A DNA stretch of 64,000 nucleotides, taken from NCBI RefSeq assembly GCF_032191835.1, contig NC_083243.1, positions 171,244,001 through 171,308,000 of the forward strand, written 5' to 3'. A program made the translations under genes and the position numbers. The notes under the pieces are model-generated. The model had not been told where the DNA came from. It made no database searches and saw only the letters and a program-made list of their open reading frames with translations. Positions 24,936-36,275 of the stretch are shown here, piece by piece. This DNA comes from Heteronotia binoei. Taxonomy: Eukaryota. How positions within the stretch are numbered: the first letter of the stretch is position 1; every line of letters starts with the position of its first letter.

Positions 24936-25564
24936 ATCCACTTTTCAGATACAACCTAGACCAATTTGATCCAGATAATTGTAAGAGCTCTGCTGTATCA
25001 GATGAATGTTCCATCTAATCTAGCATACTGTTTCACACAGTAACCCCCAGTTGTTCTAGAAGACCAATAAGTGGATGCATAGATGCCAAGGCCTTCCCTT
25101 CATGCTGCCTTTAGCATTAGTATTCAGAGGTCTGGTGCCTTTGTATTTGGAGATTCCCTTTTCTTACCATGGCTAGTAGCCATTGATGAACTTATCCTCT
25201 ATGTTTGTGTCTGATTCTCTTTTAAAACCATCTGTGCTCATGGCTATCACCACATGCATTGGCAGAGAATCTCACAATTTAATTAATTGTCAAGTAAAAA
25301 ATTATTTTCTTTCTGTCTGTTGTGAACCTATTTTCTATTAACTTATTGGATGCCCCTGTGTTCTATTACTATTGGGAGAAGGAGAAAAAGCTCTCTATAA
25401 GCACCTTCTTCACTTCATGCATTATTTTGTAAATATCTATTAGCTAACTATTTTCTAGACTGAAAAGTCTAGAAATTAGCAAAGCAAAGGTGCTCCAACC
25501 CCTTAATCATCTTGTCCTTTGGGTCACCATGTATGGTGACCCAAAGGCCAAGGGAAGTGAGGAT

Positions 25565-25720
25565 TGCTGGAGATTGAAAGACATTATATATGTCTTTATA
25601 CCAATGCTAGAAGTCTCTGAACCAAGATGGGGGAGCTGGAGTGCTTGGTGCTCAATGAACATTTAGATATACTAAGTATCTCAGACACATGGTGGAATGG
25701 GGAAAATCTATGGGATATAG
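25565..25720 (+). mobile_element. CR1 endonuclease N-terminal fragment
   Basis: CLYTNARSL..KMGELECLVLNEHLDILSISDTWWN. Confidence 0.8.
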
Positions 25721-25728
25721 CTAGAAAG

Positions 25729-26900
25729 TAGGGGTGTGCATTCGGTTCGCCTGAACCGAATAGGCCACCGAATACCCCCTGATTCGGAAGTATACGGCGC
25801 TGTATACTTCCGAATCCAATTGGAAGGCATTATACGGGAGCCGTATAAGGCTCCCCGTATACTTCCGAATCAATATTTGGAAGTATACGGAACTCCATGG
25901 AAAAGGTGGGAAAAGAGCTTTTGCAGCCTCAGGGAAGCTGCTTGCCTCCTTTCCCGCCTTTGGAAGCCTTTTCCTGCCTCTCCCATAACCTCCCTGGGAT
26001 CAGGGAGGGAGGGGGAGAGGCGCCCCAGCAGCCAATCCAAAGCATGCATTTGCAAAATGCATTGCAAATGCATGCTTTGCAGGGCTGTTGTGTAGCTGAT
26101 GGCTGGGCTAATCCCCCAGCCATCAGCAACATTGTTGTTCTTTTGTTTACTTGGGTATCCAAATAAACACTGTTCTCTGGCCAGTCACAGAGCAGTGGTA
26201 TTTTTTGAAACTGCTCTGCTTAAGGCCAGAGAACCTTTTTAAGGAGTCTGCCTGGCTGGACTCCATTCCAATGCTGCTGTGTTGGTGTGAGAGATTGTGC
26301 TGTGCTGGCCCTTGGCCTCAGCTGCTGCTGCTCTCTCTCAGCCCTGCCTGATATGTCTGGAGAAGACATATAAGGTAAGACAGTCTTGGGGTTCTTCTTT
26401 TTATTTTAGTTGGGATAAAAGTAAAAGGACTTTTTAAGACTCAGAGTCCCATTACTTATCCAGATTTGAATGGGTGGGTAGCTTATTTGGGGTTAGGGGG
26501 TTCTGCTGGGGGTGCGGGGTTTGCCAATTTGCCTATATCTAACTTTAGTGAGAGGACTTTTAAAAGTGCAGTGTCCTTTTACTTTTCCAGATTTGGGTGG
26601 GTTGGATTTCTTGGGGTTAGGGTGCAGGTTTTTTTGGGGGGATGGGTTGGTTAAATTCCTATATTGTTAAAAGTCAAGTTTTTTACAGTTTTAAAAGGAC
26701 TTTGTGTTTGATCTGTTGCTGCTGTGTTGTGCTGCTGTTGTTCCTTTTCTCTTCTGGTTCTGGTTCTTGTCGGGGGGCACTTTTTGACCTAATTTTTATT
26801 GTTTAAAAGTTCCATTTTTTAACGGTTGAGTTCGTTGACATTTTCTCAGTTGGATTTGTTTGGATCTGTTGTTTTTGGCTTTGCATCCTGTCCTGTTGTC
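25729..26900 (+). mobile_element. Truncated hAT-like non-autonomous element (TAGGGGTGTGCA terminus)
   Basis: Begins TAGGGGTGTGCATTCGG with subterminal ttcggaagtatacgg repeats in both orientations. The second TIR is absent. Confidence 0.55.
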
Positions 26901-26909
26901 CCTTTTCCT

Positions 26910-27973
26910 GGTGTGGCAAATGAACGTCAATGTTGGTAAGTGTAAGGTGATGCACACTGGGACAAAAAAAAAATATTCCCAACTTCAAGTATAGCTAATA
27001 GGGGTTTGAACTTGCTGAGACTGAGGGGGAAAAAGATCTTGGAGTCATAGTGGATAGCTCAATGAAAGTATCAACCTAGTGTGCTGCAGCAGTGAGTAAG
27101 GCAAACTCTACATTAGGGATTATCAGGAAAGGGATTGAAGAATAAAATGGCTGTATAGATTTATGGTTTGGTCTCATTTGTAATACTGTGTACTGTTCAC
27201 TATATGTATATGAATGGTTTTATTTAAATTGTCAGCTTATTATATTTTGATGTCTGATATTGCTGGTAATGTCTGTATGAATTTCGATAATATACTGGCT
27301 GATACGAGATCTTTTGATCCTCTTTTATATATCTGGTCAATGACTGTAGAATAAATTTTATATATATATATACACACACACATACATACACACACACACA
27401 CATTGCAGAGCTGGAAAAAATACAAAGGAGGATGACCAAAATGATTAGGGGGTTGGAGCACCTTAATGAGGAAAGGCTGAAGTTGGGACTTTTCAGATTA
27501 CAGAAGAGATGACTAAGAGGGACATGATAGAGGTTTATAGAATTATGCATGATGATGTACAGAGATAAATTTTTTCTCTCTCTCTGCCCAAATACTAGAC
27601 CTCGAGGGCATCCAGTGATGCTGATGGGCAGTAGAGTCAGGACAGACAACAGGAAATATTCACACAAAGAGTGATTAAAATGAGGGATTTGGTGCCAAGG
27701 GCTGTAGTGATGTCCACAGGAATAAACAGCTGAACAGGGTATTAGATTCATGGAGGATGGTTCTATCAGTGGCTACTAGCCATGGTGACTGGGGGAGCCT
27801 CCACATTCAGAGGCACTAAACCACTGAATCCCAGAGTCAGGAGGCAATATCAGGGAGGTTCTCAGCTTCTATACTATGTTGTTGGTCCTCCAGAGGAACC
27901 GGTTGGCTGCTGAGTGAAACAGAATGCTGGACTAGATGGACCATTGGTCTGAGCCAGCAGAGCTCTTCTTATG
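26910..27973 (+). mobile_element. CR1 3' part, interrupted at about 27200-27400 by AT-rich sequence and (TA)n(CA)n
   Basis: WQMNVNVGKCKVMH, EKDLGVIVDSSMK and RGDMIEV-like remnants; 3' UTR ending ctcttcttatg. Confidence 0.85.
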
Positions 27974-28792
27974 AGCTCCTTGATCCCTGGACTAGGACCA
28001 TAGTTTTTATAGCACCTTGTTTACCTGCCATATTTCAACTTCTATTTTGGCTGTATTGCTGAAACAAATACTTCCTGTGATGAATCCCTGTGTTATTCAC
28101 TCCGTCAGCTAATAAAGAGTCAGTTAGTCTACTAATATTGGATTATCCTGCTTTGAAGTATATTAAACATTAGGTGGTCATATTCATTACACTGTCCTTG
28201 GAAAAGCACTGTTCTATAGCTTGTCAAAAACGACTGTGCTACTCTACTGCCCACTTCTCTTGCATGCATCATTCAAGAAATTATTGTTTGATTCCAGGGT
28301 GGAACTGAATGCATATTGAAAGGAAGGTATCATTTCTAGCTGCAGCTGTCTCCTCCTGGTTCAATTCTGGTTAAGGATATCCTTATATTCTCTAGATTCT
28401 TAAGGATATCCTTATATTCTCTAGATTATTGAAGAACAATCCCACTGATCCTGGCTTCATAAGTTCTGGTTTCTTTAAAATTGTTCTCACCTGAAAGTTG
28501 TAGATGGAATCTTCATTTCTTGCTCTGGATCTGTTAGATGCTCAATGGAGATCTCACTTCATCGGCTTGTTATGTCTGTGTGGTGACATTTATTTATCCT
28601 GTTCAGAGTCCCTGTTCAGAGTCCCATTGAATTGATGCAAGGTTTGCACTGCTCACAGAGGGCAATTTCCCCCAAAGGCTTTCCATTTAGTGTTCTGTCT
28701 TGTTTATCCTTACAGACTTAATTAAAGCTTTCATCGAAGTCCGGCTTCTCCTGAAACTCTGTTCCCTGTAGAGTAAACTATGTACTAGTACC

Positions 28793-28984
28793 CAGGGCTT
28801 TTTTTGAGCTAGAGCGCACTGGAGTGTTGCTCTGGCTAGCTTGGCCAGGACTCCGGCTCAAAAAGAGGCAGCCACGTGCTCTCAGGTTGGCAACACTCAC
28901 CAGTCAGGCTTGTAGGGCTGAGACACACTGTGGTGCGGCTTCCTGAAGCTCCTGCTGGGCTTTTATTAGGAAAAAAAAGCCCTG
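28793..28984. mobile_element. hAT MITE (CAGGGCTTTT family)
   Basis: TIRs plus 8-bp TSD CTAGTACC/CTAGCACC. Confidence 0.85.
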
Positions 28985-29334
28985 CTAGCACCCCAAAAGT
29001 CATTTGTGGCGCTGACATACCCCTCAAAGAAAGCCCATCAAAGCACAGGAGGCAGAGACAATGATCAAAGGAGAGGGGCTGCTGTTCTTGTATGCAGAGG
29101 TGGAAGGAGCTTTCTGTTCCATGTTTGTTGAGGGGAGACTTGTGACCTCAATGCAGAATCTTGGAGTGCCTCCTGCCCCCTTTTCCTCTGTACTTTTTCA
29201 GCAGAGGTAATGGGGGACAGGACCAGCCTCTGTACTAAATTAAGCCCCTTCTCCCTGCTGCACCATCAAGCTAATGATGCCTCAGGGCTTCTAACCTGAA
29301 GGCAGACACACAAGGACACAAGGTGTGAGCTGTG

Positions 29335-29917
29335 GACATTATCTGGGACTTTGGGGGTGGAGTCAGGAAGCTTTGGGGGTGGAGCCAGGAGCAAGGTTGT
29401 GAAAAGAATAATTGAACTCCAAAGGGAGTCCTGGTAGGGTTGCCAGGTCCAATTCAAAAAATATCTGGGGACTTCAGGGGTGGAGCCAGAAGACATTGAG
29501 GTGGAGCCAGGAGCAAGGATGTGACAAGCACAATTGAACTCCAAAGGGAGTCCTGGCCATCACATTTAAAGGGACCGCACACCCTTTAAATGCCTTCCTT
29601 TCCCTTGGAAATAATGAAGGATAGGGGCACCTTCTTTTGAGGCTCATAGAATTGGACCCCCAGGATCCAATCCTTTTGAAGCTTGGAGGGTGTTTTGAAG
29701 AGAGGCACTGGATGCTATGCTTGAAATTTGGTGCACATACCTCAAAAAATAGCCCCCCCCAGCCCGAGATACCATTATACCCTATGGGAATCAGTCTCCA
29801 TAGGGAATAATGGAGTGCCCAGCAAACATCCCCACCTACTTCCTTGATGACCCTGAAGCGGGGGGAGGGCCTCCAACCCGGGGGATACCCTGTCTCCACC
29901 TGGGGATTGGCAACCTG
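29335..29917 (+). mobile_element. hAT Blackjack-like MITE (TAGGGTTGCCA family), preceded by part of another copy
   Basis: TAGGGTTGCCA at 29435 and TTGGCAACCTG ending at 29917; same body as 38654-39172. Confidence 0.8.
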
Positions 29918-31429
29918 ACTGCCAGGAAGTATCCCAGGATGCATTTGGGACCTGGGTGGACCAGGTAACAAAGGGTGGAGAATGACGTAAAATGGGTGGA
30001 GTCAGAAGTTCATTAAAAGTGCTTCCCCCAAAGCTGTATCTTGGAGCTGGGCCTTAGAAGAGAGCAGATTGCTGCATTCTGGTCAGCAGCTGGCAGCCAT
30101 ATTGATCATGTGGCTGGGCCTGGATGGATGCTGGAAGCTGGAGGTAATGAGACAGATTTAGAACTTTTGGTAATTTACTAAGTTTAGGATTGCCTGCTCT
30201 ACTCCAACATCTCACAGGACATGTTTTTCAACCAAGGGGAAGAGGAATAGAATTAAGACCACCTTTTATTTATTCTTCTGGTCGCTGATTGTGTGCTGCA
30301 CTAACAGAATGTTTGTAACCTTTTCCTCTTTTTTAATAATCATTTTACTATTTTGAATGCTGTCAGTAAAGCTCTGTGCCACATAGTTCCCCAACCACCT
30401 TAGATCACACTATTTTAAGAGGGAAGTCCCAGGAAGGGGAAAGGCACAGAGTTGGCAACTCCCATGAGTAAATTGCTCCACTGAGATTACAAAAGTGTGG
30501 GTTTGCAAACCATTTGTTTTGGCTGCTTTGTGTGTGTGTGTGTTTACTTTCTGCTTAGAGAACCCTTTGAAGGCAGAAAAGAGGAGGAAATGAAGAATAT
30601 ATTCAAGCGAACTGCACAGCTGTATTATTTATGTATTTTAGGAAATATGAAAGTCTCCAGGCTCCACCCCAAAGTCTCGTGGCTCTACCCCCAAAGTCCC
30701 CAGGTATTTCCTGAGTTGGACCTGGCAACTCTAGGCACTGGGTAGCAGAGAACCTTTAGGCCAGGCCTCAGAACTGGAAAGGGGAACTTAGAGTCATGTT
30801 CCTCTCGGACAGGGCCCCTAAACTGAACAGGTTAGACTAAGGGGGTCTGATTGGCCCAATGTCATTCAATAAGCTTCATGCAGAGTGACAGTTTGAACCC
30901 AAATCTCCCACATCATTATCACACACTCTCATCATTGCTATCTCATACTATGTAAAGAAGCTTTAGCTCCTAATTTTTATTTTTCTCCTTCCCAGCGGCC
31001 TTCCCCCAAATTGTCAGGACTTTCCTAACCTGGAATTATATAAGGATGCCAGACCCGCCCCCCCCCCCCTCCCTGTGGAGGCGAGGGCCTCTCACAGTCA
31101 GGCCTCACCTCTTCTCTGCCAGCCAGCTGGCCAGTGAGGGGACTTACTCCCCCCCCCCGGAAGAATATCTGGAATTTTGGTGACATGCCTACATGACCCG
31201 GAAGTGATGCAGGCAAAATTGGGGATGTCAGGGACAATGCTCTGTATTTGATCAAAAACTCTATGGTAGATGTTAATTTTACCATAGAGTTTTGCAGTTT
31301 TGCAGAATAACCAGACTTACCTAATTGTTTTAATTGTTTACTTTTATTTATGATCTGTTGACCTGATGAATTGTTATATGTAACTAATATGGTTGAATTG
31401 TTTTATTGTTTATGGTTGAATTGTTTTAT

Positions 31430-31512
31430 TTTACTGGTTGTGAGTCATCCTGAGCCTGCTTCGGTGGGGATGGCAGGATATAAATCTAATATAATAATAT
31501 AATAATAATAAT
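31430..31512 (+). mobile_element. L2-type 3' end with (AAT)n tail
   Basis: gttgtgagtcatcctgagcc...caggatataaatctaata(taa)n. Confidence 0.6.
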
Positions 31513-32377
31513 GTGTCATAGAACAGCCAGACACTAGATACAGCTCTGACTCCTCTGATGAAGAACAACAAGATTCCATGCCTATGAGCTACTAGCAAGC
31601 AGTTGAGCAATCAAATGAGGAATCACAGTTAGGAGACTATGAGGTGAATGTTTAATCCCCCCACCTGAAGCTGAGAGTTCAACCAAAATTTAAACACTGC
31701 AATCCAGGCTTTTGTCTCCACCAAAGACTGACCCACTTCAGAGCAGAGAGCAAATAGGATGCACATTTTGGCATACCAAGAATTCATCTAAAGAATGAGG
31801 CTTGAATGCCCTCCACTTTCCTGGTAAATGCTGAGATCCATATAGGGATACCATAGAAAATTTGGGCTAGCGTTTTAGCTTTGAACACCTTAATTGCTGC
31901 TGGAACTAATTGGTTGCCCCTTGCAAAGAAAACTGTTTAATTTGAGCAGCCAAACATTTAGCCAAGTTGACGATGTTGTTACGATGTGAAACCCAACTTA
32001 ACTTGTGATTAAAAGTGTTCCCCAAGTATTAAAAAAAAATTGTTTGCTCAATTGTTGAGTTGCCAATAAACCATCTCTGTGGGAGCCAGCATATAGGGTG
32101 GCCAGACCGTCCCGGTCTCCCGGGACTTTCCCGGTTCTGGCCCCCAATTCCCGGCTCCCGGGCTGGCTATACAGGGACCATTAAAAGTCCCGGTATAGCC
32201 AGCGGGGAGCCAGCAGGCCGCGCGCGCGGGCGGGGAAGGCGGGGAGTGAGGGAGCCAGCGTCCCTGTGCGTGCGCACACCGCCGTGCACACGCGCAGGGA
32301 CGCTGGCTCCCTCACTCCCCGCCTTCCCCGCCTGCGCGCGGGGCCTGGCGGCGGTGGCGGAGGCCGGGGAGGCCGGG

Positions 32378-33090
32378 GAGAGGCCGGCGCTGGTCCCTGG
32401 AGGCCCTCCAGAGGCCCGCGGAGGCCGGGGAGAGGCCGGCGCTGGTCCCTGGAGGCCCTCCAGAGGCCCGCGGAGGCCGTGGAGAGGCCGGCGCTGGTCC
32501 CTGGAGGGCCTCCAGAGGCCCGCGGAGGCCGCGGAGAGGCCGGCGCTGGTCCCTGGAGGGCCTCCAGAGGCCCGCGGAGGCCGCGGAGAGGCCGGCGCTG
32601 GTCCCTGGAGGGCCTCCAGAGGCCCGCGGAGGCCGCGGAGAGGCCGGCGCTGGTCCCTGGAGGGCCTCCAGAGGCCCGCGGAGGCCGCGGAGAGGCCGGC
32701 GCTGGTCCCTGGAGGGCCTCCAGAGGCCCGCGGAGGCCGCGGAGAGGCCGGTGCTGGTCCCTGGAGGGCCTCCAGAGGCCCGTGGAGGCCGCGGAGAGGC
32801 CGGCACTGGTCCCTGGAGGGCCTCCAGAGGCCAGCGGAGGCCGCGGAGAGGCCGGCACTGGTCCCTGGAGGCTCTCCAGAGGCCAGCGGAGGCCGCGGAG
32901 AGGCCGGCGCTGGTCCCTGGAGGGCCTCCAGAGGCCAGCGGAGGCCGCGAAGAGGCCGGCGCTGGTCCCTGGAGGGCCTTCAGAGGCCAGCGGAGGCCGC
33001 GGAGAGGCCGGCGCTGGTCCCTGGAGGGCCTCCAGAGGCCAGCGGAGGCCGCGGAGAGGCCGGCGCTGGTCCCTGGAGGCCCTCCAGAGA
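32378..33090. repeat. GC-rich 52-bp minisatellite, about 14 copies
   Basis: ggtccctgg recurs every 52 bp from 32392 to 33068. Unit: gagaggccggcgctggtccctggagggcctccagaggcccgcggaggccgcg. Confidence 0.97.
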
Positions 33091-33222
33091 CCAGCGCCGG
33101 CCTCTCCGCCGCCTCCCCGGCCTCTGCAGCCGCCGCCAGCCCCGCCAGCAGCACCAGCCGCCCGGAGGAGAGGCCGCCACCCGCCCTGAAACAAGGTAAG
33201 CGGGGGGGGGGGTGGTTGGCGG

Positions 33223-33956
33223 NNNNNNNNNNNNNNNNNNNNNNNNNNNNNNNNNNNNNNNNNNNNNNNNNNNNNNNNNNNNNNNNNNNNNNNNNNNNNN
33301 NNNNNNNNNNNNNNNNNNNNNNNNNNNNNNNNNNNNNNNNNNNNNNNNNNNNNNNNNNNNNNNNNNNNNNNNNNNNNNNNNNNNNNNNNNNNNNNNNNNN
33401 NNNNNNNNNNNNNNNNNNNNNNNNNNNNNNNNNNNNNNNNNNNNNNNNNNNNNNNNNNNNNNNNNNNNNNNNNNNNNNNNNNNNNNNNNNNNNNNNNNNN
33501 NNNNNNNNNNNNNNNNNNNNNNNNNNNNNNNNNNNNNNNNNNNNNNNNNNNNNNNNNNNNNNNNNNNNNNNNNNNNNNNNNNNNNNNNNNNNNNNNNNNN
33601 NNNNNNNNNNNNNNNNNNNNNNNNNNNNNNNNNNNNNNNNNNNNNNNNNNNNNNNNNNNNNNNNNNNNNNNNNNNNNNNNNNNNNNNNNNNNNNNNNNNN
33701 NNNNNNNNNNNNNNNNNNNNNNNNNNNNNNNNNNNNNNNNNNNNNNNNNNNNNNNNNNNNNNNNNNNNNNNNNNNNNNNNNNNNNNNNNNNNNNNNNNNN
33801 NNNNNNNNNNNNNNNNNNNNNNNNNNNNNNNNNNNNNNNNNNNNNNNNNNNNNNNNNNNNNNNNNNNNNNNNNNNNNNNNNNNNNNNNNNNNNNNNNNNN
33901 NNNNNNNNNNNNNNNNNNNNNNNNNNNNNNNNNNNNNNNNNNNNNNNNNNNNNNNN
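33223..33956. other. Assembly gap (734 N)
   Basis: Run of N. Confidence 1.
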
Positions 33957-34229
33957 TAGACAATACTGACTTTGGTGGACCCAAGCACTGATTCAGTGTA
34001 AGGGAGCTTTGTGTTTGTGACTGGAGTAGACAATACTGACTTTGGTGGACCCAAGCACTGATTCAGTGTAAGGGAGCTTTGTGTTTGTGACTGGACTAGA
34101 CAATGCTGATTTTGGTGGACCCAAGCACTGATTCAGTGTAAGGGAGCTTTGTGTTTGTGACTGGAGTAGACAATACTGACTTTGGTGGACCCAAGCACTG
34201 ATTCAGTGTAAGGGAGCTTTGTGTTTGTG
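33957..34229 (+). repeat. 70-bp tandem repeat (at least 3.9 copies, running into the gap) derived from a SINE/CR1 3' end
   Basis: Unit tagacaatactgactttggtggacccaagcactgattcagtgtaagggagctttgtgtttgtgactggag resembles the SINE tail at 58759-58825 (minus strand). Confidence 0.9.
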
Positions 34230-35256
34230 TCTTCTGGTGCAATTTTGTTCTCAGATCCTGTATTTACTTCATCAGTATATGGGATAAGGCACTTTCTCAA
34301 CTGTGCTGCATAATGCAGCCTATTTCTTTTGTCCTGTTTGCTCTGTTGGCTCTATCTGCGCCACCTTCATCACTTTCGGGGTGTGGATCCCCCAGTGGGG
34401 TGGTCTCCCGACTCCCTCCACCGGCTGTTTCTTATAGCCCTGCGCCCCCTCTTTCATTTGATATGTGTCCCGTGCGGGTGCCACCCTCCTGCCGGGAGAT
34501 GCCGCAAAATGAGCCCCCTTGAGGCTTATGGCGGCAGGGCTCGGGGGAAGCGAGCTAGACTGCTGTTCTTTTGAGGGGTTATAGAGTGTTTCGAGCCCGT
34601 CCCTGTGGCATCGGTCCCATCGTTGTGGGACCCAGGGGGCCGGCGCAGCGGCACGCTGAAGCAGCCTGTCGGTCACTTCCGGGTTCCTGTCCTGCATCTC
34701 GACCTGTGTTATTAGTGACAGGCTGCTTCGGCACACCCCTACCTTCCCCCCAAAAAAGGTGTCCCTGGCTGGCCTTCAGACATTATGGCCACCCTAAGAC
34801 AGAGTGGGACAGAAAGTCTTTTATAAATACATTCATTTACACGTTGTTGTTCAGTTGCACAGTCGAGTCGACTCTTTTGCAAGATTACACTTTTATAAAT
34901 ACACTCGTTTACACACTACTGGGGTTACTCAGTTACAGCAGGGAACTAAAAAGAAAAGAGTGAGGAAAGTGACGGGTCAGTCATAGAGGAGTGTGAACAG
35001 CTCCTGTGGTGTTATCAGAGTTTTTTCCTACAGGCTGGGAGGGAGGAAGTCTGTCAATGGTTTTTGTGCTGTCCCTAACAGAGTTTAGTAAAGCAGTCTG
35101 TAGTCTGTAATAAATTAGTAAATTGTTTTGTACCTTTAAGATGAAGCCTCATGGGAAATATACTTTTGTAGGTCATGGGGTGTTATGTTAGCTCATTCAT
35201 TGGCTCAAGTTAGAAACCGGGAAAAACTCAGTTTATTGACCTTTTCCTGTTTCTTT

Positions 35257-35391
35257 GGGCATTTTCGCACTGACCTTAATCGGCAGCGACGCCCCTCTTC
35301 ACTGCGCAGGATCTGCGCGGATTTCGCACCAATTGCCGCGGAGCACCCGGAAGAGCGGCAAAGTCCCGCGGCTTTTGCGGCGAAAACGCCC
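35257..35391. mobile_element. PIF/Harbinger-type MITE (short)
   Basis: TIRs GGGCATTTTCGC and GCGAAAACGCCC; TTT on both flanks. Confidence 0.7.
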
Positions 35392-35509
35392 TTTGTTTCT
35401 GATCTCTCCATGGGCAGGAAGATGCACAAAAGCAAAATCTTTCCACTTCAAGGTCTAAGAAAATAAACTCTACCCTAATGCAAAACAAACTGTATCACCC
35501 AGCCTGCTG

Positions 35510-36275
35510 ACAGAATGTGAATTCTAACGTCTAACCTTCTGCAGTAGAATAAAATCATTTTTCTTTTTCTGTGAGTTACTTTATGGGACTTCTTTGTTGG
35601 CTCTATCTGGCAAAATAGACTTGATCCACTCTGGTCTTGAACCAGAATAGTTTTCCAGTCACACCTCTAAAGAAATGGTGATGGGACTAGCTAAAGATAA
35701 TGGGAGGTTCAAATTTCCCCCTTCCTTTTCTTCCAGCAAAAAGCAGAAGTTTGGAGGTGTAGAATGTTAGATGATCTTCAGGAAGCAGCTTCCTGGAGAC
35801 AACAGGAAAAGACGATTTGATCTAGGCTGACTGGTGTCAAGTGGGTGGAGACACATAGTTTATAAAACTTCCTTGCCAGAGGAAGTTGCTTTCTTTCTCT
35901 GGAATGCTGAGGATGAGAAAGGACATAGAAACTCTTCTCTAAGCAAGCAGCCATCTTTGAGCATGCAACTAGAATGGAGAGCTGGAGCAGGTCCGAAAGC
36001 AATGGACATTCTGTAGGCAACTAGAACACCTAAGCTAAAGAGCTTGTTCTAGATTTTACCATCAGCTAGGGCATTTATAGAGAAGGATGTGTGTTTTCAC
36101 CAGTTTATTTTGTTTTCCTTGTTCAAATCTGGTACTGTTCTAGAACTATGCTTGTAAACATTTTCTTTTAAATAAATACTTTAAACTGTTGATGCTAGGA
36201 GTCATTCTTTGTACCACATAGACCTTCACCGTTCAGACAAGCTATTTTAAAAGGGGGCTCCAAGGGGGTTGGCAA
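35510..36275 (+). mobile_element. Possible LTR-like sequence
   Basis: TG start, late AATAAA and GGTTGGCA end, but no TSD. Confidence 0.3.

Larger units (their letters stand above)
32094..34796. mobile_element. Composite hAT Blackjack-like element spanning an assembly gap
   Basis: TAGGGTGGCCA at 32094 and TGGCCACCCTA ending at 34796; CpG-rich. The flanks (CCAGCATA and AGACAGAG) are not a TSD. Confidence 0.65.

Noticed and set aside
31514-32093. Possible solo LTR interrupted by the composite hAT element
   Set aside because: It has a TGTCA start and an AATAAA, but I found no TSD or secure right end.
32060-34054. Several long overlapping ORFs (259-580 aa) on both strands
   Set aside because: Artefacts of a stop-free 52-bp GC repeat (52-aa periodicity) and of reading through N bases.
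32378-34229. CRISPR-like regular repeats with internal palindromes
   Set aside because: Units are head-to-tail with no unique spacers, there are no cas genes, and the context is vertebrate.
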